Source of the DNA: an uncultured Halanaerobiales bacterium
Lineage (GTDB): Bacteria; Bacillota; Halanaerobiia; B1SED10-174
Assembly (NCBI GenBank): GCA_964568715.1
Contig: CAZMQU010000004.1
Span: 11,089-75,088 of the forward strand
Length of the DNA: 64,000 nucleotides
Direction: 5' to 3'
A model generated the notes under the pieces. The model worked only from the letters and a program-made list of their open reading frames with translations. It ran no database searches and was not told the origin of the DNA. The position numbers and the translations under genes are program-made. Of this stretch, positions 55,893-64,000 are shown one piece after another. Every line of letters begins with the position of its first letter. Positions within the stretch are counted from its first letter, which is position 1.

Positions 55893-56100
55893 CAGTTTGC
55901 TGCCCGCACGGAATAAGTTTACCGATTAATATATTTAAACTCGTCTATTAAAGGAAAAATTTACATGGTAATAGAATTATATAGATGATGGCGATGTTTA
56001 CTACAATATGAACACAATTGTGATTGCAAGAAAAGTTTTTTGGCGAATTGATAGATTGTTAAATACACTTGATTTATAAACAAAGCGGGAGGTTGGATAA

Positions 56101-56370
56101 ATGAGCATTAATATTATCTTGGTTATTTTGGTTTTAGCAGGAGGAATTTGTTTGCAGGTGTTTTTGGCAACAAAGGGTAAATGGTTGGGGCTTATTTTGC
56201 CTGCCCTTTGGTTTATTTATTCATTTTATTTATTATACGGTGTCTATATGTATGAAAGGTATAACCCACAAGCACTATTGCATGTACTGGTACCGGCTTT
56301 TTTTATCTATAACATTCCAACGATGATATTGTTAATTATATACTTTGCCAGACGTAGGGGTATTGGATAG
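56101..56370 (+). CDS. Small hypothetical membrane protein (89 aa, about 3 TM)
   Basis: An ORF with 3 hydrophobic helices. GGGAGGTTGG lies 6 nt upstream of the ATG. No homology was recognised. Confidence 0.4.
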   Translation: MSINIILVILVLAGGICLQVFLATKGKWLGLILPALWFIYSFYLLYGVYMYERYNPQALLHVLVPAFFIYNIPTMILLIIYFARRRGIG

Positions 56371-56519
56371 TCTGCATGATTTCTCATTGCATTTCGAAAT
56401 TTATAAAAGAATTGCTTTAAGTACAAATACTATGGCATGGATATTTTATGGATACCGGCTTTTTGCAACGAAGAGATGGACCATTAAAGAGCGGACCAGA
56501 GCGGGGGAGGCAAAAAGTA

Positions 56520-57155
56520 TTGACACGAATATATGTTGTTGATGATCATCCTTTTGTCCGAGAAGGGCTGAAGACATTTCTGGGCACCCAGGAAGGGATA
56601 ACTGTAGTAGGCGAATCGGATACGGCACAAAAGGCCCTGCCTGAAATTGAAAAATTGCAGCCGGATATCGTTATAGTCGATCTGCACCTGCCCGGCATGA
56701 GTGGCATTGAGTTGACCCGTAAAATCAGCTTGTTCTCCACCGGTATTGCCGTTATCATCCTCTCGAGCTTTTCTGAAGAGGATGAGGTTATCGCAGCTAT
56801 TGAGGCAGGAGCTTTGAGTTATATTCTGAAGGATTCCCCGCCGGAAAAATTGGTTGAAGCAATTCGGGCTGCAAAGCGGAAGGAACCGGTCTTGCATCCC
56901 CGCATTGCCAAGAAGCTCATGGAAAAAATGCGCCAACCTGAACCAGTGCTTATAACTGAGCAACTGACCATGAAAGAAAAAGAAGTGATGGCCTTATTGA
57001 CAGAAGGTTTTTCCAATAAAGAAATAGCCCAAAAGCTCTATGTATCCGAGTCCACCGTCAAAAGCCATGTTAGCAGCATTTTAAGAAAGCTGGAGGTTCA
57101 AGACAGAACCCAGGCAGTAATAAAAGTGATGGAAGAAAGGTTGTTGGATAAATGA
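56520..57155 (+). CDS. NarL/FixJ-family response regulator
   Basis: REC motifs RIYVVDDHPFVREGL...DIVIVDLHLPGMSG. The LuxR HTH is LTMKEKEVMALLTEGFSNKEIAQKLYVSESTVKSHVSSILRKL. The start was set at the TTG at 56520, which has GGGGGAGG 9 nt upstream. The ORF-track ATG at 56448 would add an implausible 24-aa extension. Confidence 0.8.
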   Translation: MTRIYVVDDHPFVREGLKTFLGTQEGITVVGESDTAQKALPEIEKLQPDIVIVDLHLPGMSGIELTRKISLFSTGIAVIILSSFSEEDEVIAAIEAGALSYILKDSPPEKLVEAIRAAKRKEPVLHPRIAKKLMEKMRQPEPVLITEQLTMKEKEVMALLTEGFSNKEIAQKLYVSESTVKSHVSSILRKLEVQDRTQAVIKVMEERLLDK

Positions 57156-57883
57156 AAGCCAGGTTGTTAAGTGGAAAGGAGATTCTCAAAGACTCTTGTG
57201 GGGGGGCTTTATTCGGCTTGGGAATCAGTTTATTCTTTTTAGTAGTTACCCAGGGTATCTATGCTCCTTTTTGGGCTTGGTTGGCCAGCCTTTTTTTTGG
57301 TCTCGTCCTGGGATTTTTTATAACCATAGCCATTGAAAATATCAATAATTTGTTTGTCGCTGTATTTCCGTATCATTCGGTCGGCTTTTTGTTTCGGTTT
57401 ATCTTGTCTTTCAGCGTTGGGTTTGGTTTGTTTTGGATTTTAGCCCAAGCCTTTTGGCCTTTCAACTTCACAGGCCGCTCACTGCTGGCTTTCAGCTTGG
57501 CGACAGGCTTTTTTTCCGCCCTGGTCGGTCTTTTTTTTGCCTATTCCTGGGGGGCAAAAGAAAGGTTGCGCTTGGAAGAGGAGAACAAGAAACTGGCGGT
57601 TCCGGAAGAACGCAACCGAATTGCCCTTCAGCTGCACGATTCAATAGTTCAAAGTCTGTTTGGTTTGAATTTACATTTAAATACCTTGGTTTACCTCCAT
57701 GAACATCGGCCGGAGGAGGTGCAGGGGGTTATCTGTCAACTACAAAATAAGGTCGAAGAAATCCATAAAGAACTTAAGCTGATGATCCATGAATTAAAGC
57801 CCGCGGTTTTTATTGGCACTGATTTTCAAAAGCCGGTGGAATCCGTCGCCCCAAAGACCGAAGGGTGGGAGGATAACCGGTGA
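57152..57883 (+). CDS. Membrane protein with a HisKA_3 dimerisation/phosphoacceptor (DHp) domain but no ATPase domain (truncated kinase paralog)
   Basis: About 4 TM segments followed by EERNRIALQLHDSIVQSLFGLNLHL. It ends about 60 aa later with no HATPase_c motifs. It overlaps the next kinase gene by 4 nt. Confidence 0.6.
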   Translation: MKARLLSGKEILKDSCGGALFGLGISLFFLVVTQGIYAPFWAWLASLFFGLVLGFFITIAIENINNLFVAVFPYHSVGFLFRFILSFSVGFGLFWILAQAFWPFNFTGRSLLAFSLATGFFSALVGLFFAYSWGAKERLRLEEENKKLAVPEERNRIALQLHDSIVQSLFGLNLHLNTLVYLHEHRPEEVQGVICQLQNKVEEIHKELKLMIHELKPAVFIGTDFQKPVESVAPKTEGWEDNR

Positions 57884-58938
57884 AGCACTTGTTGCAAGAC
57901 GTTTTAAAAGAAAGTTGCAAAGGCGGTTTAATAGGGGTAGGCGTCACTATGGCAATTATCTTTATCGGCTCCGGAATTTGTTTTGCACCGACCCTGCTTT
58001 TATCTATCTTTATATATGGTTTTGGGATCGGCTTTTTTCTGACCGCCAGCAACCTTTTCGTCCAATCGGCCTTGGATCATTATTTCCCATCTTTGTTGGG
58101 CTGGAAAATAATCGGACCTATTTTGTGTTTTTTTGTCAGCGTACCCTTATTTTACTTGTATAACAGGCTGGTCATCCGTTTAACATCCTTGTTTGCCATG
58201 GATGACAAAAGCTTGTTATTATTTAGTTTGGGAGCAGGAATTGTTTCCATTATGGTTGGTTTTTACTACATTTATTCGCAAGAAAAAGAAGGTCGCATCT
58301 ACCAGGAAAGAGAGTTCCAAAGGTTGGCAATTCTGAAGGAACGCAATCGGATTGCCCAGGAATTACATGATTCCGTTTCACAAAATTTTTACGGCATCAG
58401 TCTCTATTTAAGTACATTGGAGCGAGTACAGAATACCGACAAAGAAGCTTTCTACAGCTCCCTGCAAATTTTGCAGGAGATGATAGCCGAGACACAAATT
58501 GAAATGGGACTGTTGATTTATGAATTGGCACCTCAGGCGGAGAAGAAAGGTTTTTTTCAGGCATTGGATAAGCTGACCGACCTATATAGCACCCGCTACA
58601 AATTAACCATAGAAACTGTTTTTCACGGTGAAGAGGAAAGGCTTAAAGATGGAACCCGCAATGCTTTATATCGGGTAAGCCAAGAAGCATTGAACAATGT
58701 GATAAAACACTCCAAAGCCGACCGGGCACGACTGAGTTTGCAGGTATTGCCAAGCGGTTCCAGCATTTTATCAATTGAGGATGACGGTATCGGTTTTGAA
58801 TTGGCAGACTTGAAGAAAACGAAGCAGTACGGGATTAGGGGTATGCGGGAGCGACTGGAGGGGATTGGTGGGCATTTGATTATTGAAACGGCTGAAGGGC
58901 AGGGAACTGTTATCAGGGCAATCTTTCCTCTTGATTAG
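57880..58938 (+). CDS. Sensor histidine kinase, HisKA_3 type (complete: TM, DHp and HATPase_c)
   Basis: DHp motif ERNRIAQELHDSVSQNFYG. HATPase_c motifs IEDDGIGFE and GIRGMRERLEGIGG. It is a paralog of the upstream DHp-only ORF. Confidence 0.85.
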   Translation: MKHLLQDVLKESCKGGLIGVGVTMAIIFIGSGICFAPTLLLSIFIYGFGIGFFLTASNLFVQSALDHYFPSLLGWKIIGPILCFFVSVPLFYLYNRLVIRLTSLFAMDDKSLLLFSLGAGIVSIMVGFYYIYSQEKEGRIYQEREFQRLAILKERNRIAQELHDSVSQNFYGISLYLSTLERVQNTDKEAFYSSLQILQEMIAETQIEMGLLIYELAPQAEKKGFFQALDKLTDLYSTRYKLTIETVFHGEEERLKDGTRNALYRVSQEALNNVIKHSKADRARLSLQVLPSGSSILSIEDDGIGFELADLKKTKQYGIRGMRERLEGIGGHLIIETAEGQGTVIRAIFPLD

Positions 58939-59047
58939 ATTTAATATCCAAGGCCGGCGGTCTTTTTTTTTGTTCTTTTCCCTGCTATTGGCATCTTTCT
59001 CCTACTAAAGTTGGAGAGAGCCTAATACTATCTAGTTAAAAAGTTTA

Positions 59048-59078
59048 AACCTCAGGCGGAAGAAATCGGACCGCCTTT
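59048..59078 (+). terminator. Rho-independent terminator (AGGCGG-loop-CCGCCT followed by T8)
   Basis: Seen in the sequence. It is downstream of the kinase operon. Confidence 0.55.
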
Positions 59079-59198
59079 TTTTTATACTTAGGTTAGCTGG
59101 TCAAGGATTGAATAAGAGAGAGAAACCAGAATTTAGCCTGTATCCAGAAATCAGTCTGATCAGCTTTAACTAAAACCCTTAAAAAAGGAGAGCTTATT

Positions 59199-59993
59199 AT
59201 GATTAGATTTAATGGAAAAAAGACAGAAAAAGGGAAGACAGTAAACCTATTTTGTTTGATATTCATTCTGTTTCTGGGCTGCGGATTGCAGGGAGCGGCC
59301 AGTTGCCAGGAAATGGAAGTCGATTTGGAATCGGCAATCAAGCTTTATTTGACCGGTCAGAGAATAATTTACAGTCAAGAAGACACTTTGGAGGAGGGCA
59401 GGAATAAGCTTTTGGCAGCCAAAGAAGTTTTTTTGGATCTTGCTGAAAGTGTGGACCGCTCTTATTGGTTGGCCCGGGTGGAATATCAGCTGGGTGAACT
59501 TGAAGAAGCTTGTGGTGACGCACGGTCTGCGGCAACTGCTTTTACTTGGTGCGGTCAATGGGCTGAGAAAGCGATCAAGTCCGATAAAAAACATAGTGAT
59601 GCCCATCGCGTCCTGGCCGACTCTTATATGCGGTTGATGTCGTACAACGGTACCTTTTATTTGGTAACGAAAGGCCCCCAGGCCTTGAGTTTGCTCAAAA
59701 AGGCAGTGAGTTTGGATCAGAATAATTATAAGGCCTACATTTCCATGGGAATGTATTACTTAGGCGCTCCGGCAATCGGTGGCGGCAGCAACAAAAAAGC
59801 TCTTGAAGTACTCAATATAGCATTGGACACCGCCGATGAATTAGACATGTTTTTATGTAATGCTTGGCTGGGCCATGCTTACAAAAGGTTAAATGATAAA
59901 GATCGTGCTATTGAACACTATTCAAAAGCTCTGGCAATTTATCCTGATAGTCAATGGGCGAGAGATTTTATCGGGGCAACGACAGATATATAA
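59199..59993 (+). CDS. TPR-repeat lipoprotein
   Basis: Lipobox LFLGCGLQG. The TPR-like helical repeats include AWLGHAYKRLNDKDRAIEHYSKALAIYPD. Confidence 0.7.
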   Translation: MIRFNGKKTEKGKTVNLFCLIFILFLGCGLQGAASCQEMEVDLESAIKLYLTGQRIIYSQEDTLEEGRNKLLAAKEVFLDLAESVDRSYWLARVEYQLGELEEACGDARSAATAFTWCGQWAEKAIKSDKKHSDAHRVLADSYMRLMSYNGTFYLVTKGPQALSLLKKAVSLDQNNYKAYISMGMYYLGAPAIGGGSNKKALEVLNIALDTADELDMFLCNAWLGHAYKRLNDKDRAIEHYSKALAIYPDSQWARDFIGATTDI

Positions 59994-60005
59994 AGAGGTG
60001 AAAAG

Positions 60006-60698
60006 ATGGCTATTTTAAAGGCAAGATCGCTTTGGAAAACTTATTCGACACAGGTTGAGGAAGTCCAGGCTTTAAAGGGCATTGATTTCCGGATTGCCGT
60101 CGGAGACTTTCTGGTAATAAACGGACCCTCCGGTAGTGGCAAGTCGACCCTGTTAAATCTTCTGGCGGGAATTGATAGGCCGACTGCCGGCAGTGTGTAC
60201 CTTGAGCAGCAATCGCTGGATAAACTATCTGACAGCAAGAGAACAATTTTGCGCCGGGACCATATCGGTTTAATTTTCCAGTCTTTCGAGTTAATTCCCG
60301 TTTTAACTGCCGGCGAAAATGTAGAATACCCCCTTATATTGCAAAAAATTGGCCGCCGGGAAAGACATAAGAGAGTGAAGGAAGTATTGGCAAGTGTAGG
60401 CTTGGATGCAGAAATTGACAGGCTTCCTTCCCAGCTTTCAGGTGGCCAAAAACAGAGGGTGGCAATCGCTCGGGCCTTGGTGACAAGGCCCAAGGTAATT
60501 CTGGCCGATGAGCCGACCGGTAACCTTGATTCGGAGACAGGCTTGAAGATAATAGATTTGCTCTTAGAGTTAAACCGTAAATACGGTGTGGCGATAGTTG
60601 TTGTTACCCACGATCTGTCCATAAATGAATATGCCAACCATGTATACCTTCTCAAAGACGGTGTTTTGACGGAAAAAGGGGGTAAGGGATATGTTTAG
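60006..60698 (+). CDS. ABC transporter ATP-binding protein (MacB/LolD-type)
   Basis: Walker A motif GPSGSGKST, signature LSGGQKQRVAIARAL, and Walker B motif ILADEPTGNLD. Confidence 0.9.
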   Translation: MAILKARSLWKTYSTQVEEVQALKGIDFRIAVGDFLVINGPSGSGKSTLLNLLAGIDRPTAGSVYLEQQSLDKLSDSKRTILRRDHIGLIFQSFELIPVLTAGENVEYPLILQKIGRRERHKRVKEVLASVGLDAEIDRLPSQLSGGQKQRVAIARALVTRPKVILADEPTGNLDSETGLKIIDLLLELNRKYGVAIVVVTHDLSINEYANHVYLLKDGVLTEKGGKGYV

Positions 60699-61893
60699 AG
60701 TTGCTTGGCGAAACATTCTCAGAAATAAACGACGTTCCTTGGTGAGCCTTTTGATTATCATTATCAGCGTTGTGGTCCTGTCCCTGTTTAAAGGCTATAA
60801 TCGGGGGACCTATGAAGGCTTGACCATGTTATCGGTTATGGAATATGGGAACTTCCAGATTGCCAAGGAGGGTTATTGGTCAGCTACGGGCAGCAGTCGC
60901 CACCTGATAAGCGATGAGGAAATTAATCTTATCAACAGTATTTTAGATGAAGAGACGGAGGTTGTAAGTACTTCGATGGAATTGGCAATGCAAGGCATCA
61001 TGGGAACCGAGAAATCCAGTACCATTGTGGCGGCAACCGGCTTGGATTTGGCCAACATAGCCAGTGAAAATCTGATGATTACCAGTGGTTTAAATCTTTT
61101 TGAAGGAGATACAGACCGGGTACTTCTGGGGCAGGGAGTCAAGGATATCTTGGGTGTAGAAGAAGAGGAATGGGTTTCTCTTATGGCCACAACCCTCGAC
61201 GGTGCTTATAATGCCGGCAATTTGCAGGTAAGCGGCAGTTTCTCCTACGGCAATACCGATGCCGATAATTTCTTCGCTATTGTACCCTTATGCTATGCTC
61301 AAAGCATGCTCAACACTAGAGGAGTCGACAAGTATAAGGTTACCCTTCGCCACGTTGGGGCAACGGAAAAAGTGATAGAGAGTGTGCGGCAAAAATTCGC
61401 TGCTGCCGGTTTAGGGGTGGAAATCAAAAGCTGGCTGGATTTGGCCGACTTTTACCATCAGGTTCGAAGCCTGTATGAGACTGTGTTTTTCTTTGTCTCC
61501 TTGATTCTTTTCGTTTTGGTTTTCTTCAGCATTTTGGAGATAGTCTCTTTAGCCTTCTTTGAAAGGATGAGGGAAATTGGATCAATAAGGGCGATTGGTG
61601 CGCGACGTCGAGAAGTTTTTTCCCTTCTAGGCCAGGAAGGTCTGATTTTGGGCTTGATAGGTGGTATCTTGGGGGTCTTGGTTGGCTGGTTTGCCGGGAA
61701 ATTGATTAATGACATCGGTATCACCTATACACCGCCTTCGATGAGCCAACCGGTGCAGGTCTATATTTACCAAGCCTGGACCAATGGGTTAAAACCCTTT
61801 ATTGTGGTTCTGGCGGCCACCTTGTTTGCGGCGATTATTCCGGCCCTCAAGGCTGCTCGGCTCAATGTAACCGAGGTTCTTCGCCATTTGTAA
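60691..61893 (+). CDS. FtsX-like ABC permease (MacB/LolC-type: 4 TM plus a large extracytoplasmic domain)
   Basis: 400 aa. The topology is TM1, a periplasmic domain of about 220 aa, then TM2-4. The conserved FtsX C-terminal region is present (REIGSIRAIGARRREV). Confidence 0.8.
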   Translation: MFRVAWRNILRNKRRSLVSLLIIIISVVVLSLFKGYNRGTYEGLTMLSVMEYGNFQIAKEGYWSATGSSRHLISDEEINLINSILDEETEVVSTSMELAMQGIMGTEKSSTIVAATGLDLANIASENLMITSGLNLFEGDTDRVLLGQGVKDILGVEEEEWVSLMATTLDGAYNAGNLQVSGSFSYGNTDADNFFAIVPLCYAQSMLNTRGVDKYKVTLRHVGATEKVIESVRQKFAAAGLGVEIKSWLDLADFYHQVRSLYETVFFFVSLILFVLVFFSILEIVSLAFFERMREIGSIRAIGARRREVFSLLGQEGLILGLIGGILGVLVGWFAGKLINDIGITYTPPSMSQPVQVYIYQAWTNGLKPFIVVLAATLFAAIIPALKAARLNVTEVLRHL

Positions 61894-62052
61894 AGAGTTG
61901 TTCAATTTTTCATCGTCGAAGTTTTCCGGCTACCGACAGGCATATTTAGGCTGCCAGAAGTAATGGCAGTTGACTATTGTCTCCGCCAGAAAAAAAGGAA
62001 CTGTTTTATAAAAGATTGCAGTAAACAAATTGCGGAAAGGGGATGAAAAAAA

Positions 62053-62835
62053 TTGATCTTGAGTAAATTTACCGGGAAGGCTTGTTTTGTGGCTTTCCTA
62101 TTGATGGTGATTATACTGACCGGCTTATCGGTTAAAGCCTTGGAAGCTGAGGAGTTGTTGAAAGACATCTATAGACGCCAAGGTTTTGGGAAAGGATCCT
62201 ATATATTGGAGATACAGGTCGATTTACAGCAAAAAAACGAAGTGCAGACCTCTCATGTACGAGTCTATTTGCATGAGTCGAATAAGCAGCTGGTTACTTT
62301 TCTAAGCCCCCAGAGGATGACCGGCCAGTCATTTCTGGTAAGCGACAATAACACCTGGATGCACCAAGAGGGCCTGAACAGACCCTTGCGAATATCGCCC
62401 CAACAAAAACTGTTCGGTGAGGCGGGCATTGCCGAGACGATAGGTATCGATTACCTGAATGATTACAGGATAACGGAAAGGGCTGAAACCCCTACTGAAC
62501 ACATATTGGATTTGGAAGCAACAGATGTAAAGACTGCCTATCAAAGGGCACGTTTATGGATAGACAAAGAAGAAGTTAAAATTGAAAAAGTCGTATTGAT
62601 GGCCATCAATGGTCTACCGCTCAAAGAGCTGATCTTCAGCGATTATTGTCTTTTAAACGATCATGAAGTAGCCAGGATTGATATACGAAATCTTCTTTCT
62701 GAAAAGGATCAGAATACCGTAATAAACTACCTGTCCATCGAAGAAAGCCGGTTGCCGGCGGAAATATTCGATCCTCTGTTAATGGGAAAATCGCAATTCT
62801 TATTAAAAAAAGGAGAAAAGGGCGATGAAAGCTGA
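62053..62835 (+). CDS. LolA-like / lipoprotein-sorting-protein-like secreted protein, commonly paired with MacB-type ABC systems
   Basis: A signal peptide followed by a beta-rich domain of about 230 aa. Its position after the ATPase-FtsX pair fits the usual pairing. The call is by pattern only. Confidence 0.45.
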   Translation: MILSKFTGKACFVAFLLMVIILTGLSVKALEAEELLKDIYRRQGFGKGSYILEIQVDLQQKNEVQTSHVRVYLHESNKQLVTFLSPQRMTGQSFLVSDNNTWMHQEGLNRPLRISPQQKLFGEAGIAETIGIDYLNDYRITERAETPTEHILDLEATDVKTAYQRARLWIDKEEVKIEKVVLMAINGLPLKELIFSDYCLLNDHEVARIDIRNLLSEKDQNTVINYLSIEESRLPAEIFDPLLMGKSQFLLKKGEKGDES

Positions 62836-63820
62836 TAAAAGTCTTTTCACTCACTGCTTGGCCTTCTGTCTGCTTTTGATAGCCTTGCTTCTGATATCTA
62901 TATTTTTTACTGAGAAAGAGGTTCTGGCAAAAGAAATGCTGTGTAAATATAGGATTTTCAGCGAAATATATTACAAAAACGTAAAAGAAAATTTCCCCCC
63001 GGAAATGAGGAGGGCCTTGGAAATCGGTACCGGAACCGGATTGCAAATGATTCTTGCCGGAAGGGTTGAAGATTACCGGTATGACATACAGTTGACCGGC
63101 CATTTTAACGATTTTACTTTGACCGTGGATAGATTGACCTTATGCGGGTTCAGCCGGGAGTCATTTTGGGAGTTGGGTAAAAAGGATTGGAGTTGGGGTA
63201 AAGGTTTGGTGTTAGCAGCAAATTATCCCCTTGAAGAAGGTATCCCCTACTGGGGGCTGGAAAATACGGCTTTCCTGCTTCCTTATAGCTTGATAGTTGG
63301 TGGCGCACTGGAAGACATACCACGAGGTGCCGCTTGGATCAGGCTAGCCAGAATTTATCCGAGTTTCGACTGGGAGACCTGCCTGGCTTGCCTCTTGGTA
63401 GATAATGCTTATCATTGGGAGGGGGGGGTGGATTTATCCTGGGATCTTTTAAACGGTCTTAGCCTGCACGGTGCATATAAAAGAGAGTTTTCTCAAAAGA
63501 AAAACAAATACTTGCTGGGCGGAACCTATATGGAAGATGATAAGGTGTTGTCTTTTGAATATTATTACGATGACAATCACTACCTCTATGGAGGTCTCAG
63601 CAAGGAGCCGGGCCTGTTTGGCAGTTGGCAGTGGGGGATTAAAGAGGTTTTGCACTTAAAAGACGGTGGCTTGGTAAGCATTTTTAATGTCCAATATGTA
63701 AAGAATGATGTTCTCATCCCCGAGCTTATTGTTACCAATTATACCGGTAAAGACTACAGCTTGGTGGGGCAAAATCCTTTGAACTGGGAATGTACCTTGC
63801 GATTAAAAGGTCATTTCTAA
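62825..63820 (+). CDS. Hypothetical membrane-anchored or secreted protein
   Basis: The N-terminal TM or signal segment is HCLAFCLLLIALLLISIFF. It contains an in-frame G8 tract at 63421-63428. No domain was recognised. Confidence 0.45.
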   Translation: MKADKSLFTHCLAFCLLLIALLLISIFFTEKEVLAKEMLCKYRIFSEIYYKNVKENFPPEMRRALEIGTGTGLQMILAGRVEDYRYDIQLTGHFNDFTLTVDRLTLCGFSRESFWELGKKDWSWGKGLVLAANYPLEEGIPYWGLENTAFLLPYSLIVGGALEDIPRGAAWIRLARIYPSFDWETCLACLLVDNAYHWEGGVDLSWDLLNGLSLHGAYKREFSQKKNKYLLGGTYMEDDKVLSFEYYYDDNHYLYGGLSKEPGLFGSWQWGIKEVLHLKDGGLVSIFNVQYVKNDVLIPELIVTNYTGKDYSLVGQNPLNWECTLRLKGHF

Positions 63821-63878
63821 TTGGGTTTGATTGCTACTAGTTAGTCCCTTTTAATATTTGGGTAAAGGAGAAAAGTTT

Positions 63879-64000
63879 ATGGAGCAAAATGTGGTTTTAC
63901 TCAAAAGAGGGGTCTGCACATCAATTGTTTTTATAGTTTTACTGTTTTCGGCGCCGGTGCAAGCCAATTTCCAAGCATACTTACCCTTTGCAGGAGACAC
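63879..64000 (+). CDS. 5' part of a secreted protein gene (continues beyond the window)
   Basis: The ATG at 63879 has AAAGGAG 7 nt upstream. A signal-peptide-like VFIVLLFSAPVQA is present. Confidence 0.35.
   Translation, partial: MEQNVVLLKRGVCTSIVFIVLLFSAPVQANFQAYLPFAGD

Noticed and set aside
55783-55925. Small Cys-containing ORF (about 46 aa) immediately after the ABC-2 permease stop, as a possible bacteriocin precursor
   Set aside because: The reading frame runs straight through a strong rho-independent terminator hairpin and the T9 tract. It has no RBS and no leader-peptide features.
1-64000. CRISPR arrays, IS elements or transposases, integrases, tRNA or rRNA genes
   Set aside because: I searched by eye for regularly spaced direct repeats, the tRNA T-loop motif GGTTCGA(A/T)TCC, and transposase or integrase motifs in the ORF translations. 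None was found. The only notable repeats are short (the palindrome at 4110, the 23-bp motif near 11765 and 15199, and direct repeats at 8436-8490).

Overview
This 64-kb window looks like chromosomal DNA from an AT-rich, low-GC, Firmicutes-like anaerobe that uses selenocysteine. There are two in-frame TGA selenoprotein genes. About 55 protein-coding genes are packed densely, mostly on the + strand. I could not identify any rRNA, tRNA, CRISPR array, transposase or integrase by eye.

Content, in order:
- Two paralogous TPR/GAF/GGDEF diguanylate cyclases, the first 5'-truncated by the window edge.
- A GntR(YtrA-like)-ABC operon with a near-consensus sigma-A promoter.
- A MATE efflux pump, an alpha/beta hydrolase and an Old-Yellow-Enzyme/2,4-dienoyl-CoA-reductase-like flavoenzyme (minus strand).
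- A variable region with three paralogous lipoproteins carrying a C-terminal FGE-sulfatase (SUMF1-like) domain. One is disrupted by a -1 frameshift in a G8 tract. An unrelated lipoprotein and a stand-alone LuxR-HTH fragment sit among them.
- A minus-strand pair: a family-1 solute-binding lipoprotein plus a membrane-tethered one-component LuxR regulator.
- A selenocysteine peroxiredoxin (PrxU-like).
- Two paralogous patatin-like phospholipases with beta-rich C-terminal domains.
- A YdcZ-like small membrane protein, GrpB, and an MgtA P-type Mg2+ ATPase with a long leader.
- An anthrax-lethal-factor-like (HExxH) metallopeptidase-domain protein and a B12-binding radical SAM protein.
- The most unusual locus: three extracytoplasmic lipoprotein or membrane-anchored proteins built from sulfite-oxidase/MsrP-like (molybdopterin-binding-fold) modules. 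One is fused to a type-I nucleotide pyrophosphatase/phosphodiesterase domain. They are interleaved with an ECF transporter (S component, EcfA, EcfA', EcfT). A MobB-like GTPase and a small kinase-like protein follow. Next comes an NAD-linked selenocysteine formate dehydrogenase (NuoE-like, NuoF-like, FdhA-Sec) with MobA and FdhD.
- An island that looks like antimicrobial-peptide resistance or immunity: a HisKA_3 kinase with a NarL regulator, a CPBP protease, an ABC ATPase with two ABC-2 permeases, and a second NarL regulator followed by a DHp-only kinase paralog and a full kinase.
- A TPR lipoprotein, a MacB/LolCDE-like ABC pair with a LolA-like protein, and two hypothetical secreted or membrane proteins.

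All domain calls come from reading motifs in the supplied translations. No database search was run.
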